IMG/VR virus record: IMGVR_UViG_3300047557_002951 | Span: 32,001-96,000 of that record | Strand: one strand, 5' to 3' | Source of the DNA: a virus | DNA: 64,000 bases | Shown here: piece by piece, positions 36,160 through 46,796 of the stretch | How the letters are laid out: every line of letters begins with the position of its first letter | Numbering within the stretch: position 1 is the first letter of the stretch | Notes under the pieces: model-generated | What the model saw: the letters and a program-made list of their open reading frames with translations, nothing else | Database searches by the model: none | Told to the model about the DNA's origin: nothing | Program-made: the position numbers and the translations under genes

Positions 36160-36771
36160 TTAATACCTTTGGTAGCCACCACTTACATTTGACAGTATTT
36201 TATAGTTAGTTGTTGTTGCTGCAGAACCAACAGTGTTAATTGCAGTGAAATTAAAGAAGTCATATCCAGAAGTATTACCTGTTGCAACAATTCCAAAAAG
36301 ATATGCGATATGTGTTTGAACTCCAACTGCAGCATTAGCACCAAATGCAACACCATTTAATGTAACACTTGTACATGCATATGCTGTCGTTCCTTGATTT
36401 ACAATTACCGAGAACGAAAGTATACGATTATCAAAAGAACTATCTGTTGGAATATTTACAACATTTAATTTAATGGGTCCAGTTGGATTTGAACAAATTG
36501 CTACATTTCCTCCACCACTATCATATGAGAGTGTTATATCATTTCCATCAAATATTGTTACTTTATCCGATGCAGAAGATAGTCTTAGATCGGTAACAGA
36601 AGTAATTCCAGAAACTAAACCATTAAAAATAGATACTCCACTGGTATTAATTGTTTCAATAGAACTATAAAGTTCCTGAAAATTACTATTAATCTTTACC
36701 GCGCCTGTTAATAGATCGTCGCCGGTTCCATCATTTGGTACTGATCCAGTAGATATTCCTTGATATGCCAT
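36160..36771 (-). CDS. Baseplate/fibre connector with a gp9/gp10-like N-terminus
   Basis: GISTGSVPNDGTGDDL..GAVKINSNFQELY motif. Confidence 0.7.
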   Translation of the reverse strand: MAYQGISTGSVPNDGTGDDLLTGAVKINSNFQELYSSIETINTSGVSIFNGLVSGITSVTDLRLSSASDKVTIFDGNDITLSYDSGGGNVAICSNPTGPIKLNVVNIPTDSSFDNRILSFSVIVNQGTTAYACTSVTLNGVAFGANAAVGVQTHIAYLFGIVATGNTSGYDFFNFTAINTVGSAATTTNYKILSNVSGGYQRY

Positions 36772-36788
36772 TTCTTAATACTTTTTAG

Positions 36789-37043
36789 TTATTTAGTTTC
36801 AGCAAGAATAAGATAGTAGCACTCAATGGGAAAGTTACTATAAGACTGCAGACGAACTTCTTTAATATCAACAGTTTTAACAACAATATCTTGGGATGCA
36901 CCACAAGCAGTTAGAGAAATTGTAATGGTCTTTGGATTTACAGTTTCTTCCCATTCCTCTGGTAGTTTAATAACAGTGTCATTAAATACTTTTCCTCTTG
37001 CAATCACAAGATTTTCTGTATCAGTATAAAGTGTATTTTTCAT
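36789..37043 (-). CDS. Small virion protein, paralogous to the C-terminal domain of 38450..39376
   Basis: RGK....VIKLPEEW...V.PKTITISLT aligns with RGK...TIELPEYW..LVDSETITVNLT. Confidence 0.6.
   Translation of the reverse strand: MKNTLYTDTENLVIARGKVFNDTVIKLPEEWEETVNPKTITISLTACGASQDIVVKTVDIKEVRLQSYSNFPIECYYLILAETK
36790..36796 (-). promoter_or_regulatory. Late promoter (CTAAATA)
   Basis: About 19 nt upstream of ATG 36771. Confidence 0.5.
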
Positions 37044-37047
37044 AAGA

Positions 37048-38463
37048 TCACAAGCAAGTTGTAGTTCCGTCTATACTTTGTTCGGTTTCTTCTATATATG
37101 CTTCAAGTTTCTCATATTCATCAACTCGATCACTTTCTCCACCAATTGATTGACGAAGACCCCATATTTTTAATGAATATTCCGATCTTTCTTTTCTTAA
37201 TGCATTTGCTGCATCAACTTTTGATTGTATACAATTAGATCCAGAAGAAAGCTTTGCTTCAGCAACATCTCTTGCCGAAATAGAAGATGTTAATGTATTT
37301 TCAATTGCAGTGCATCCACCTGGAGGACTAATTGCAGAATAAAGACCAGTCAATACTGGTGTTGTTATAGTTGTCCCTTCTGATTGAGGAATTCCTAAGA
37401 CAGAAGGTGCAACAGTAAATCCAACAATATTATAAATTCTACCAGCACCAACTTTTGGTTCTTTAATTTTTTCTCCTTTCTTTTCAATTCCTTCCAACTC
37501 AGGTTTCCAACTTTGTGTTGCAGGAGGTTTTGCGCTGTTATCATATTCAATGAATGTGCCAATACCAATTGTACTCGAATTCATAATTCCAATTGTCTGT
37601 GGAGAAAATGGATTCCTAGTAAATTTAACTTGATATTTAAATCTGGTTTTTCTTTGATCAAATGTGTCAGGATCAGTTACAACAGTAAATTCTGTATAGG
37701 ACCCATCACTTTCTGGCAAAGAAGAAAATCCAACTGTAAAATTTTCTAATATAATTGTATTTGTATCAAAAGAAGTAGTTGCGATACCAACAACTTCCTC
37801 CATTACAATTGTAGATATTCCGGTAACTGTTGTAGTGCCAAATCCAACTATTTTATTACTGGTCCCAGGAAAAACACCATTTTTTGATGATGTAATTAAA
37901 TTCCCAATGTCAAAAGTAGATATAAGTTCTTCCGATGATTGTGACATAACTGCAAGTATAGTTGATGCTGTTCCAACTACACCAATAAAACTTCCAATAG
38001 TAGTGTCGCCAATATCTTTCATATATGGTTCATCATAATATTTAATTGCATGTAAATTATCACCTTGAATTCCAGGAATTTCAATTACACCATCTGCATA
38101 TGTTGTAATTCCACCAGAAGAATCCAAAAAAGCAACAGAAGATCCATATCCAGTAATGGATAACTTAGTGACAACCAAAGAATAATCTCCAGTGCTTGTA
38201 TTAAATCCAACAACTCTCCAAAATAAATCAGTTCTACAATTACTGTCAATACGATCTTGATATGCAGACTGAACTCCAACTAAAGTATTATTGACAATTG
38301 TTATATCACCAAGTAAATCTGAGTCTATTGATTTAACAGCATTATCATAATCCTCTTTAAGAGCATCGGTAAGTAATATTTCTTCCTTATAGTATTCAAT
38401 ATTACTTAATTTTCGTTCTTTCTTTTGAGCAATATCTTTTTTAACTTTGTCAGTTAGTGCCAC
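37048..38463 (-). CDS. Virion (baseplate-associated) protein
   Basis: 471 aa with coiled-coil ends, RIDSNCRTDLFW motif; lies within the hub operon. Confidence 0.55.
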   Translation of the reverse strand: MALTDKVKKDIAQKKERKLSNIEYYKEEILLTDALKEDYDNAVKSIDSDLLGDITIVNNTLVGVQSAYQDRIDSNCRTDLFWRVVGFNTSTGDYSLVVTKLSITGYGSSVAFLDSSGGITTYADGVIEIPGIQGDNLHAIKYYDEPYMKDIGDTTIGSFIGVVGTASTILAVMSQSSEELISTFDIGNLITSSKNGVFPGTSNKIVGFGTTTVTGISTIVMEEVVGIATTSFDTNTIILENFTVGFSSLPESDGSYTEFTVVTDPDTFDQRKTRFKYQVKFTRNPFSPQTIGIMNSSTIGIGTFIEYDNSAKPPATQSWKPELEGIEKKGEKIKEPKVGAGRIYNIVGFTVAPSVLGIPQSEGTTITTPVLTGLYSAISPPGGCTAIENTLTSSISARDVAEAKLSSGSNCIQSKVDAANALRKERSEYSLKIWGLRQSIGGESDRVDEYEKLEAYIEETEQSIDGTTTCL

Positions 38464-39376
38464 TTTGTTTACCTCTCATTTCAGTTCCTTCATATTCAAC
38501 TTCCAAGTCTGGAACATCTTTTCTTTTCCCATAAACAACATAACTACAATTTATTGAACCACCCGAATTGTTCTGAATAATCACTTTAGTTCCCCACTCA
38601 ATTGCTTTTACAAATAATTCTTGGTAACAACCATGTGGAGTTAGATTAACTGTAATTGTCTCTGAATCAACAAGACCTCTCCAGTATTCTGGGAGTTCTA
38701 TCGTCGTACTATCTATAAGTTTTCCTCTATAGTAAACACCAATTTCAGGACCTTCTAAACAAGTATGTACTAACCGGTGGTTTGGTTTTGTTGGGTGTGG
38801 TATATCAAACTGCTTAAACGGAGCAGCAACATTTGCGAATGTGCCAAGTTCAGCTTTACATATATCAGTTTTAAGTAGTCCATTTACAGTCACTATTCCA
38901 TTAAAAACTTTAGCATCTGACCTTGCTTCTGCACCAATTGCTGCTTTTGCTGCAGTAATTACTTCTGCCCCAGTTAAAGTCTTTGATCCAGTCCAGGTTA
39001 ATATCCCATATCCATTAGTACTTGGGGAAGAAATAACAATAGATGTTTGATTTGAAATACTAATTACCAAAGAGTTTATGTTTATTCCAACTGGACCAGC
39101 AATGTCCCCCAACATCACATCAATAGGAGTTGGCGGTAAAGTTTTGGAAGAGACCTTAAAGATAGATGGTGGTGGTGGCGTAAGTGCATCAACATTAACA
39201 CAGCGAGCAACCATCAAGTTTGCTTCTGCAGTAGGATATGTTAAAGGATTACCAACAATCATTGGTCCTTCAATGTATGCAGATCCTCTAATTTCAGTTG
39301 GACCTATACCAAGTCCAACAGGATCTCCACATCCAACAAATAATCTTTTTTCTACATATAAGTCTGGCGTTTTCAA
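38450..39376 (-). CDS. Baseplate spike-associated protein
   Basis: KQFDIPHPTK..HRLVH.CLEGPEIGVYYRG domain. Confidence 0.55.
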   Translation of the reverse strand: MKTPDLYVEKRLFVGCGDPVGLGIGPTEIRGSAYIEGPMIVGNPLTYPTAEANLMVARCVNVDALTPPPPSIFKVSSKTLPPTPIDVMLGDIAGPVGININSLVISISNQTSIVISSPSTNGYGILTWTGSKTLTGAEVITAAKAAIGAEARSDAKVFNGIVTVNGLLKTDICKAELGTFANVAAPFKQFDIPHPTKPNHRLVHTCLEGPEIGVYYRGKLIDSTTIELPEYWRGLVDSETITVNLTPHGCYQELFVKAIEWGTKVIIQNNSGGSINCSYVVYGKRKDVPDLEVEYEGTEMRGKQSGTN

Positions 39377-39380
39377 ATTA

Positions 39381-40043
39381 TCATCCTCCCAATTTACTTC
39401 TCAAAATTTGTAATGTTTCATTTAATGTATTAGATGAACAAGGTTTTGTTGCTCTTTTGGGAACTCCTGCCAATGCAGTTGATGCGCCATCCGCAAAATC
39501 TATAAGACCCCCATAGCAATTTAATATTGTTTGGCCTAATATGTTTACAGTGTCTTCTGAAACAATTTTTACCGCTGTACTTCCTTTTACATTAACATAA
39601 GGTGCTTCTATATTGACCTTTTCGTTTGCCGAAAGAGTAATAGATCCAGTGCTTCCATTATATCCAGTTGCAATTAGTTCAATATCTCTTGCCCAGATTT
39701 TTACCTTTGCATTGGGTGCGCCAAGCCATAAATCACCATCTACAGATTCAAAAAATATTCCACAGTTTTCAGGTTGAGCATTTGGTAAAGGAATACCAGA
39801 CACTGATTTTCCACTATTTACAGTATCACCTGCCTTGACATGAAAGGTTCCAGTAGAACGACAAACCGTTCCATTTTTTCTATGAGGTGCTCCAGTTGAA
39901 CACATTTCAATATAATGATTTGACTCATATCCACTTCTTACAATAAAAGAATCAAGTTCATTGTTCTCAGTAATATGTCCAAATTTTATTTCTCCATCTT
40001 TATTACCATATCTTATGGTATCGTAATTTTGTGGTTTAGACAT
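39381..40043 (-). CDS. gp5 C-terminal-like (spike beta-helix) protein
   Basis: YGNKDGEIKFGHI start, short beta-strand repeats; follows the gp5-like gene. Confidence 0.5.
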   Translation of the reverse strand: MSKPQNYDTIRYGNKDGEIKFGHITENNELDSFIVRSGYESNHYIEMCSTGAPHRKNGTVCRSTGTFHVKAGDTVNSGKSVSGIPLPNAQPENCGIFFESVDGDLWLGAPNAKVKIWARDIELIATGYNGSTGSITLSANEKVNIEAPYVNVKGSTAVKIVSEDTVNILGQTILNCYGGLIDFADGASTALAGVPKRATKPCSSNTLNETLQILRSKLGG

Positions 40044-42451
40044 TATTGAGGAACTCTAAAGAAATTTACATCAGGTGCTTTGCCAACACAATCAACAACA
40101 GAAATAATTTGATCCTGTATTCCAGGTTCTTTGAATTGATCTGCAGATACTCTATCTATACAGAATCTTGGAGTGAGTTTTGCATTGAATCCTGTTTCAC
40201 TTTCAATGTAAATATTTGGAACTTCTTTAAATCCTTCTCCAACAGATGTAATTCTAACTCTTTCTAGAGTTCCAAATGCACCAAAGGTAGGAACTGCCAC
40301 CGCACCATTTGAAGGTTCTATTACGATCTTATCTGTTTCTGTATAATTAAATCCAGAGTTTGCAATCTCAAGACCACAGAGATAAAGAATAACTGGATAC
40401 TTACCATCATCAAATCCAGGATAATCTCCTCTAACAAAGTCACTTGGTGCTTGTGTTGGTGCAGTTATCGTTCCTTGTGTATTTACTATTTGATATTTTC
40501 CTCCTATAATAGTCTCATTTCCTAGTTCTTCTGTTGTTCCATTAGGAAGTCTAACAGAATCTCCAGGAAATATTTCTATATTTTCCCCAGGAACATAAGG
40601 TCTGTCATATGTTCCATCTTCTCGTTGTACTGTTGTTTGGCCCTTTTCTGCCCAGACTCTTCCATCTCCACCAAGATCTCCATTAGGCGCTGACAAATAT
40701 CCACTCCCATTATCATCCATAATTACCCCAACAACTCCAATAGTAGTTTCTCCTTCAGTTGGTGTTGGTGTAGGTGTAGGAGTTTGTGTTGGTGTAAGAG
40801 TTTGTGTTGATTCTACATTTAATGTAGGCAATACACCTGATGTCAATGGATCATTAACTCTTCCAAGAACTGCTCTACCAACGGCACCTTTACCCTTACC
40901 ACAGGGATCGACAAATCTAACAAAAGGTGCTGAGGTATAACTTGAACCAGGAAGTGTTATATCAACTCCCATAATTTCTCCAGCAGCACTTATAATTGCA
41001 TTTCCTGCAGCACCAGATCCACCTCCACCAAAAAATTCAACTGTAGGAGGTCCACAAAAAATCGCACCAACATTACAAGGATTATTAAAGACATCTGAAA
41101 AATCCAAATCAAAATCAAAATTATCCGGATTTACCGATTGTGTGACATTAGAAGCAAAAGTTTTTACTTTATTGAACAGAGAATTTATATCTAAATTTAA
41201 TCCTTGTCCTGGGCCATCATAGATACTCCATTCTTTGATTTTAGAACAGTTTGGTGGATCATCACAAGATAAGAATGTAAGAATATCTTTAACTATTTGT
41301 AGAACATCTCCAACCAGATCAGCGGCACCCAAAATTGCATTTACTGGTGCCATAATTGCATCAAGTGCAGAACTAATCAGTCCGGTAAGTTTTCCGATAA
41401 GTCCTGCAAGAATATTTTCAGCAGCACATAAAGGAACATTTATAAAACGATCAACAGCACTCAATAAAAACTTAGTCAACATTGAAATCAGTTGACTAAT
41501 AATTTTTCTTATAAGACAATTAAACAAATTTTTTGATTTTTCAAGTGCCTCTTTTCCTTTTTGTCTTTGATATGGAAAAAGAAAATAGTATAGTTCCTTT
41601 GCAGCTCCCTCTATGTTTTGATCTATTCTTTCCTTTATTTTATTAATAAAATTTTTAAACCAACCAGATATACGCTGTGCAGCATTTTGAACCTTATATT
41701 GAATATATTCTTGCAGTCCAAACTTTTGACCATTCTCGCTGATTAATTCGTTTGTAAGTTTATATCTCCAATCATTGATTTCTTTTTTAACTCTCTCAAT
41801 ATCTTGGATTAAATTTTTTATTGTAAGAGCAACTCCAGTTAATTCTATTGGTTCGCAAGTTGATGTTGTTGGTATAGGTGTTAATCTCTCTTGGTCTCTG
41901 GATTGTGCATCGTCTTCAATATTTGTTTGTTTATCCGCTACCGCAGATTCAATGGTTGGTGATGTTTTCCCATCAGCAGATTTTGGAACACCAGTAGGAT
42001 CTACTGGAACAGAATATAGTGGAGTTGTTGATAATCCTCTTAGTGGATCAAATCCATTCTTTTGTTTTGCATTCAAATAAGTTTGACTATTATTACCAAT
42101 ACACCCAATAATAAGAGGTTCATTACCTTCACTGTCTTTGTAAACTCCAAAAACAACAGAACCTTGTCTTAGATTTGATGTTTGATAACTTGCACCATGT
42201 CCTGTTCCAGCAGTGACTGGATACATAACCTCACATAACTCAAGTTTATCATCAGGTAACTTGTTTTTATTTTGAGTATGTTTACCAACAATTCTAACCT
42301 TATATCTTGCTCCCCAACCAGGAAGTTGATCAATTGAAGACCACTTCTCAGCTAATTGATTTCCTTTCCAAGATACATCATCTACAATAATTCCCGTCCA
42401 CCACCTAACATCATCTCCAATTTTTTGAGTGTCGAAAAGATTATTTGTCAT
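40043..42451 (-). CDS. Baseplate hub protein, gp5-like N-terminal OB fold
   Basis: WWTGIIVD...RYKVRIVGKH...LPD..L...V..PVTAG...G.VVFG...PLIIG. Confidence 0.7.
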   Translation of the reverse strand: MTNNLFDTQKIGDDVRWWTGIIVDDVSWKGNQLAEKWSSIDQLPGWGARYKVRIVGKHTQNKNKLPDDKLELCEVMYPVTAGTGHGASYQTSNLRQGSVVFGVYKDSEGNEPLIIGCIGNNSQTYLNAKQKNGFDPLRGLSTTPLYSVPVDPTGVPKSADGKTSPTIESAVADKQTNIEDDAQSRDQERLTPIPTTSTCEPIELTGVALTIKNLIQDIERVKKEINDWRYKLTNELISENGQKFGLQEYIQYKVQNAAQRISGWFKNFINKIKERIDQNIEGAAKELYYFLFPYQRQKGKEALEKSKNLFNCLIRKIISQLISMLTKFLLSAVDRFINVPLCAAENILAGLIGKLTGLISSALDAIMAPVNAILGAADLVGDVLQIVKDILTFLSCDDPPNCSKIKEWSIYDGPGQGLNLDINSLFNKVKTFASNVTQSVNPDNFDFDLDFSDVFNNPCNVGAIFCGPPTVEFFGGGGSGAAGNAIISAAGEIMGVDITLPGSSYTSAPFVRFVDPCGKGKGAVGRAVLGRVNDPLTSGVLPTLNVESTQTLTPTQTPTPTPTPTEGETTIGVVGVIMDDNGSGYLSAPNGDLGGDGRVWAEKGQTTVQREDGTYDRPYVPGENIEIFPGDSVRLPNGTTEELGNETIIGGKYQIVNTQGTITAPTQAPSDFVRGDYPGFDDGKYPVILYLCGLEIANSGFNYTETDKIVIEPSNGAVAVPTFGAFGTLERVRITSVGEGFKEVPNIYIESETGFNAKLTPRFCIDRVSADQFKEPGIQDQIISVVDCVGKAPDVNFFRVPQ

Positions 42452-43758
42452 CTTTTAAATGGTTTCCTACCATAAGAATCTCTCACTAAAGTGAGTTGTG
42501 TATATGTACCATCACGAGGATCCAATTGTTGGGTGAGATTTGCAATCATATAAATTCCACTATTCTTACCACTTACTACTTGAGTTCTATCGGAACTTAA
42601 TTCTGGAAAATCACAATAAATCAAATCACCAGCACGATGAGAGTAGTCTCCTGCTATTACAATATTTAACACAATTGTGAAAAGTTGATTATAGCGACTT
42701 GCCGCCTGAGCGGCAATAAATTCTACATTATAATCTTTCTTTTTGGATTTTTCTTTATCAATTGGCTGTTTAATTCCATAAGGTTGCATCTTACTGATGA
42801 TTCTTGTTGGCTTTCCAATAATATCATCTGGTAAAGATGGGAGGTTAAATCCAGCAAGATTCACTCCTTTTGCTCCTTCACTTTGGGCTAAAAATTCTTT
42901 TTCTGTGTACGCAGTATCAAAATAATTATAAGTTTTCACCTGAGATCCCCAAGCACCAATTGCCATTTTTTGTTGGACATCAATGTTAATCACTGGAGTT
43001 GCTTGTAAGATTTTGCCATCATATCCAACAGGTAATTCTGTAGTATTGTTGTAAATGTATTTTTTATATTCATTTCTTTCGTCGAGTAGCTTTTCGATCG
43101 ATCTAAATTGAAATCCATCATAAGTTTCAAAGAAGAAAAATCCTGCAGATGTTTCAGTTCCACCCTCTGGTATGCATCTTTTACCTAAAGAAGTGCATTT
43201 ATAAAATGGTTTCTCAATATGGGCATTAAAAGGATATTCATTTTCAGTGACTTCAATGTTAAGATCTTTAGGAGTCTTTAAGAAATCTTTAAGTATTCTA
43301 TAAACAGAGTCTGATATTTTTCCTTCAAATGATTCGTCAACTCTAGTTTCTGCAAGTTCATTTTTAAAAAATTCGTTGGTAACTAGATCAATCACAAAAA
43401 CCATATTCTGCGTGTGCTCTATTTTATTTCTGATTCTTCCTATGCGAAATACTTTCTCGTCTGAAAATCTTAGTTGATTTCCATATCCATCTTCAATATG
43501 AAGTTCAACCTTTTCTCCACCAGATAAATCGAGTCCCTCAATTAAACCAACATATTTTCCATCGCCCTCAATTGAATATCCAGTATCGGCAATGGTTGCG
43601 GTTGCTTTGATTTGATTTTCAAGAATACTTTCGTAATAATATAAGTTTACGAAAAGACCTTCCTTCTGCGTGATATCCGCAAACTTTCCATTACGATTCG
43701 AATGGATCCTGAATTTTGTAACATTAAAGTTCGTTACTGCCTGATTATATAATCCCAT
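42448..43758 (-). CDS. Baseplate hub/tail protein (gp27-like)
   Basis: YYYESIL...FFFFETYDGFQFRSIE.L...IVIAGD...AGDLI...SGIYMI..L...T.LTLVRDS. Confidence 0.65.
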   Translation of the reverse strand: MGLYNQAVTNFNVTKFRIHSNRNGKFADITQKEGLFVNLYYYESILENQIKATATIADTGYSIEGDGKYVGLIEGLDLSGGEKVELHIEDGYGNQLRFSDEKVFRIGRIRNKIEHTQNMVFVIDLVTNEFFKNELAETRVDESFEGKISDSVYRILKDFLKTPKDLNIEVTENEYPFNAHIEKPFYKCTSLGKRCIPEGGTETSAGFFFFETYDGFQFRSIEKLLDERNEYKKYIYNNTTELPVGYDGKILQATPVINIDVQQKMAIGAWGSQVKTYNYFDTAYTEKEFLAQSEGAKGVNLAGFNLPSLPDDIIGKPTRIISKMQPYGIKQPIDKEKSKKKDYNVEFIAAQAASRYNQLFTIVLNIVIAGDYSHRAGDLIYCDFPELSSDRTQVVSGKNSGIYMIANLTQQLDPRDGTYTQLTLVRDSYGRKPFKR

Positions 43759-46700
43759 TATGCGTTGGCTAATGTTGCTTGAGTTTGATTAACTGATTGT
43801 GTGCTTGCTATATTATTTACTATACCACCACCAGTTGGAACTGGAGTTAGTTGCGGTGTGGAAATTAGTTGCCTAGCTATTATAGTTTCTTTGATTCCCC
43901 CATAAATAATTTCTTGGTTTAATCCAGAAGCACTGTTTGGTAAGGTTGATGGTGCTAGTGATGCCTTTTCATATTGTCCAGTTTTCGGATTTAATTTTAA
44001 TCCAGAATGTCTTTTAAGATCCAAAGATGGTCTAGTTAGATTAGTTCTAACCTGAGCAGGTGGTGGCGATGATGGACGAGTATCTGGTTTCGGAGTTGGG
44101 GTTGGCCGATTACTAAGATTACTTCCAGTTTTTGCGGAATTAATAATTTCTCTTGATAATCCTTGCCATCTTGAATATTTTACATTTTTATTAGGTTCAT
44201 AAAAATCTATACTAGCATGTTGACCTGTTATATTTCCAATTCCAGGTTCCCCAGGTTTTCCCATCCTACCTAAAACTTGGCCAGTATTTACTTGTTGTCC
44301 TGGGGCTACTGATATTCCACCATCAGGGAAGTGAGAATATAAAACATCTACTTTTTTCCCATTTACTGGATCAATAGATTCAACTACTACAACATTTCCA
44401 TATCCAGATCCATATAGTTTCCCCACTTCTTTCACTTTTCCTGGGAGAATTGCAATATTATTATTTCCTTTCCAAGTAACATCAAATCCAGGTTCTCCGG
44501 ATTCATCAACAACTCCTTTTATATAATCAGCTTTTGGTATTCTTCCGTGAGATAATGTTACTCTATATTTCTCTAGTGATTGTTGATATCTACTCAAGTA
44601 ACCTGAAGTATGGACATTTGGTTGACTGCCACCTGGCAATGATGGATAAACTCCTTTTAATTTGTTTGCTAAGATCATTGGATCTTTTCTTGCATCTTGT
44701 ATTAACTGCGCTTCACCTCCAGGATAAATTCCGGCTATATAAGCTCTCGCAATTTTTGTTTGATTTTCTTCATTAAATTTATCTCTTTCATAATTGAGTC
44801 CAGCAGCTTCAGCTCTTTGTTTTAATACATTAACTCCATTGTATACGGGCAATTGCTGAAACTTCCCTAATGCGCCACTTCCAGCAATTGCTCTTTGATT
44901 CATTCCAACTTCTCTCGCTTGAGCAATGGTCATATTTCTAAGACCAGTAACTACCTTACCAGGATTGACAGAATCCCACCCACCTTCAGCTCCGGCAATG
45001 GCTTCTAATGCAGCTTTTACTTCTGGCGGCGCATCTCCGGGTAACATTCCTCCACCAGCTCCGCCCCCACCACCATCAGGTGCCCCACCACCAGGGGCCA
45101 TATAATCTTCTTTGGTAAATTGCTGACGAATTGATTGTAGTGTTTGATTGACCTGACTATTAACCATAGCCTCAAGAGCTTTACCAATACTTTCACCAAT
45201 CTTCATCCCAATATTTTCATTGGTTGACAGTGTTCTTGGTACCATACCACCAGCAGCAAGTCCAACTATTTGATTTTGAATACCTGCAATTGTTCCATTC
45301 GTTTCTGCATCGATTGCATTCTGAATCAAATGTCCGAATCCAGTTCCAATTCTTTTGAATGTAGTTGGATCTGGTCTTTGTCCCATTGTCGAATCTATAG
45401 CAGCACCCATAATGCCACCGATCAACGGAACTCGTTCTTTATAATTTTTGGAAGCATTTTCTAATGTCCCAAGTGGATTCTTTTGTCTAGGATTCGTAGG
45501 AGATGTGAATAATTTTTTGATCTCTTCTCTTCCACCGACATCTTTTCCTGGTATTGTTTTTTGTGGTTTAATTTTTGTTGGTTTGGGTCTTGTTCGCTTA
45601 ATGGTTCTTTTGATTGGAGCAGAAACTCTTTTTCCACCTCTGGTAGCTTGGCCACCTTGAGCTTTTGCCTTAAGTTTATCGCCACCAACCAAAGAATCAT
45701 AAAGTGCTCCACCAACAATATCACCAAGAATACCACCAAGAATAGTTCCAGCAAATGGAACTGGAACAAATGTTCCTAGAGCAGAACCAATTGTAGCACC
45801 AACTGCCTTTGCTGCTGCTCTTCCTGGTTTCTCTTTGAATATAACTGTACTGATAATAAAATCAACAAGACCACCAATAATTGGAACTTTTCCAAGTGCC
45901 TTACCAGCAAGTCTTCCGGCAAATCTACTAGGAGCTTTTCCGGTTAATCCAGTAAAACTTCTTTTTCCAAACTTTTTAATATAAGCATCTTGTCCATATT
46001 GATTCAGATATCTTGCCTGTGCTCTTTTACTGACTCTCTGTCCAGTTTGTTTGTCAACTCCTAGTCTTTCTTTTTTTCCGCCCCCACCACTAAAATCTGC
46101 ACTACCAGCAGCAGTCATTCCAGCAATAATAGCTAGATTTGCAAAGGTATTAAATTGTTTGTCGAATTCTTGTAATCTCTTTTCGGTATCATCTCCACTG
46201 ATACCTACAATAATTTCCTTAACTTTATCGTATGCCTTGTATCCAAATCCAACAAAATCCACAAAACCATTTAAAATATTTCCAGTAATATTCTCAAAGG
46301 TTGTAAATGCTGGACCTAAATTTTTAAGTAATCCCAATACTTGTGGAATGTGCTTTCCAAATTTTGTAAATGCAGCACCAAGTACAGTGTAGAAAAGGAA
46401 CTGTTTGATTCTATCCAAAAATCCCATCTTGGGAAATTCTGTTGGTTTAAAATCTGGAATCAGTTTGTTTTTCTTTTCTTCTGATTTCAGTTCTTTCTCT
46501 TGAAATTTTTGTTGCTCTTGTTCTTTTCTTTGTCTTTCTTCTGATTTTTTTAATAATGAATTATTACCTTTAACAAGCTTTAGAATCAATAGAAGATTTC
46601 TTCTAATCTCTATGACTTCTGACAATAAAGTTTTCTTTGGTTGGGTTTCATTTTCTTCTGGTTTGACATCGGAAGGATTAATATTTGGTGTTGATCCAGA

Positions 46701-46796
46701 AGAAACACCAGAAGAAACAGAAACTCTCTGAGAAGATAAGCCTCTATTTTCGGTTCTATTTTGTGGTATAAATTTATTTGTGTCTATTTTTGCCAT
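43758..46796 (-). CDS. Tail-associated (tape-measure-like) protein with lysozyme-like and M23-like domains
   Basis: Coiled coils, G/A-rich hydrophobic helices; ALEAIAGAEG...ALGKFQ...NQ; GYGNVVVV...LYSH...V.PGQ.V..GQ.LG.MG. Confidence 0.65.
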   Translation of the reverse strand: MAKIDTNKFIPQNRTENRGLSSQRVSVSSGVSSGSTPNINPSDVKPEENETQPKKTLLSEVIEIRRNLLLILKLVKGNNSLLKKSEERQRKEQEQQKFQEKELKSEEKKNKLIPDFKPTEFPKMGFLDRIKQFLFYTVLGAAFTKFGKHIPQVLGLLKNLGPAFTTFENITGNILNGFVDFVGFGYKAYDKVKEIIVGISGDDTEKRLQEFDKQFNTFANLAIIAGMTAAGSADFSGGGGKKERLGVDKQTGQRVSKRAQARYLNQYGQDAYIKKFGKRSFTGLTGKAPSRFAGRLAGKALGKVPIIGGLVDFIISTVIFKEKPGRAAAKAVGATIGSALGTFVPVPFAGTILGGILGDIVGGALYDSLVGGDKLKAKAQGGQATRGGKRVSAPIKRTIKRTRPKPTKIKPQKTIPGKDVGGREEIKKLFTSPTNPRQKNPLGTLENASKNYKERVPLIGGIMGAAIDSTMGQRPDPTTFKRIGTGFGHLIQNAIDAETNGTIAGIQNQIVGLAAGGMVPRTLSTNENIGMKIGESIGKALEAMVNSQVNQTLQSIRQQFTKEDYMAPGGGAPDGGGGGAGGGMLPGDAPPEVKAALEAIAGAEGGWDSVNPGKVVTGLRNMTIAQAREVGMNQRAIAGSGALGKFQQLPVYNGVNVLKQRAEAAGLNYERDKFNEENQTKIARAYIAGIYPGGEAQLIQDARKDPMILANKLKGVYPSLPGGSQPNVHTSGYLSRYQQSLEKYRVTLSHGRIPKADYIKGVVDESGEPGFDVTWKGNNNIAILPGKVKEVGKLYGSGYGNVVVVESIDPVNGKKVDVLYSHFPDGGISVAPGQQVNTGQVLGRMGKPGEPGIGNITGQHASIDFYEPNKNVKYSRWQGLSREIINSAKTGSNLSNRPTPTPKPDTRPSSPPPAQVRTNLTRPSLDLKRHSGLKLNPKTGQYEKASLAPSTLPNSASGLNQEIIYGGIKETIIARQLISTPQLTPVPTGGGIVNNIASTQSVNQTQATLANA

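Noticed and set aside
40735-40810. TPTPTP repeat in the gp5-like gene
   Set aside because: Ordinary low-complexity linker.
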